Assembly: GCF_009914755.1 (NCBI RefSeq)
Contig: NC_060933.1
DNA from: the human T2T-CHM13v2.0 reference genome, Homo sapiens
Reading direction: 5' to 3' (one strand)
Length of the DNA stretch: 64,000 nt
Shown here: positions 63,752 through 64,000 of the stretch, one piece after another
How the letters are laid out: each line of letters opens with the position of its first letter
Numbering within the stretch: position 1 is the first letter of the stretch
The notes under the pieces: generated by a model
Told to the model about the DNA's origin: nothing
Seen by the model: the letters and a program-made list of their open reading frames with translations, nothing else
Database searches by the model: none
Program-made: the position numbers and the translations under genes

Positions 63752-64000
63752 TGATTTGTACTTGTATCAAGTTCTGGTGAGTCCGTGAGATAATATGGCC
63801 ATTCTATCCCTGTGGACACTGAAGCTCAGAGAGGTTGTGTCCCTTGCTCAGCATCACTCAGTTGTAAGTGCTAGGACTGGGATCCAGAGCCCTCACTTTT
63901 TTGTTTTTGGTTTTTTGCTTTTTTGAGTCAGGGTTTCACTCTGTCACCCAGGCTGGAGTGCAGTGGCACAATCATAACTTACTGTAGCCTCGACTTCCCA

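Overview
Human (primate) genomic DNA, rich in repeats. From recalled sequence I recognise it as the upstream region and 5' end of gelsolin (GSN, 9q33). Right part (+ strand): the CpG-island promoter and non-coding exons 1 (ends 40239) and 2 (53486-53578) of cytoplasmic GSN, three alternative N-terminal coding exons (MNTGL..KAQ, MAEEE..DPW, MPLCT), and the antisense GSN-AS1 ORF. The shared GSN coding exons lie beyond the window. Left part: a full-length ATP6V1B2 processed pseudogene (- strand) inserted in an MLT1 LTR and later split by an MLT2A LTR and two Alus. The main new observation is a chain of about 15 decayed exons on the - strand (~3.2-37.9 kb). Most keep canonical splice sites, several junctions are phase-compatible, and the translations are protein-like with a C2-domain-like N-terminus. 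I read this as a candidate unitary pseudogene lying head-to-head with GSN. Gene identities are from memory and repeat subfamily calls are by eye; no searches were run.
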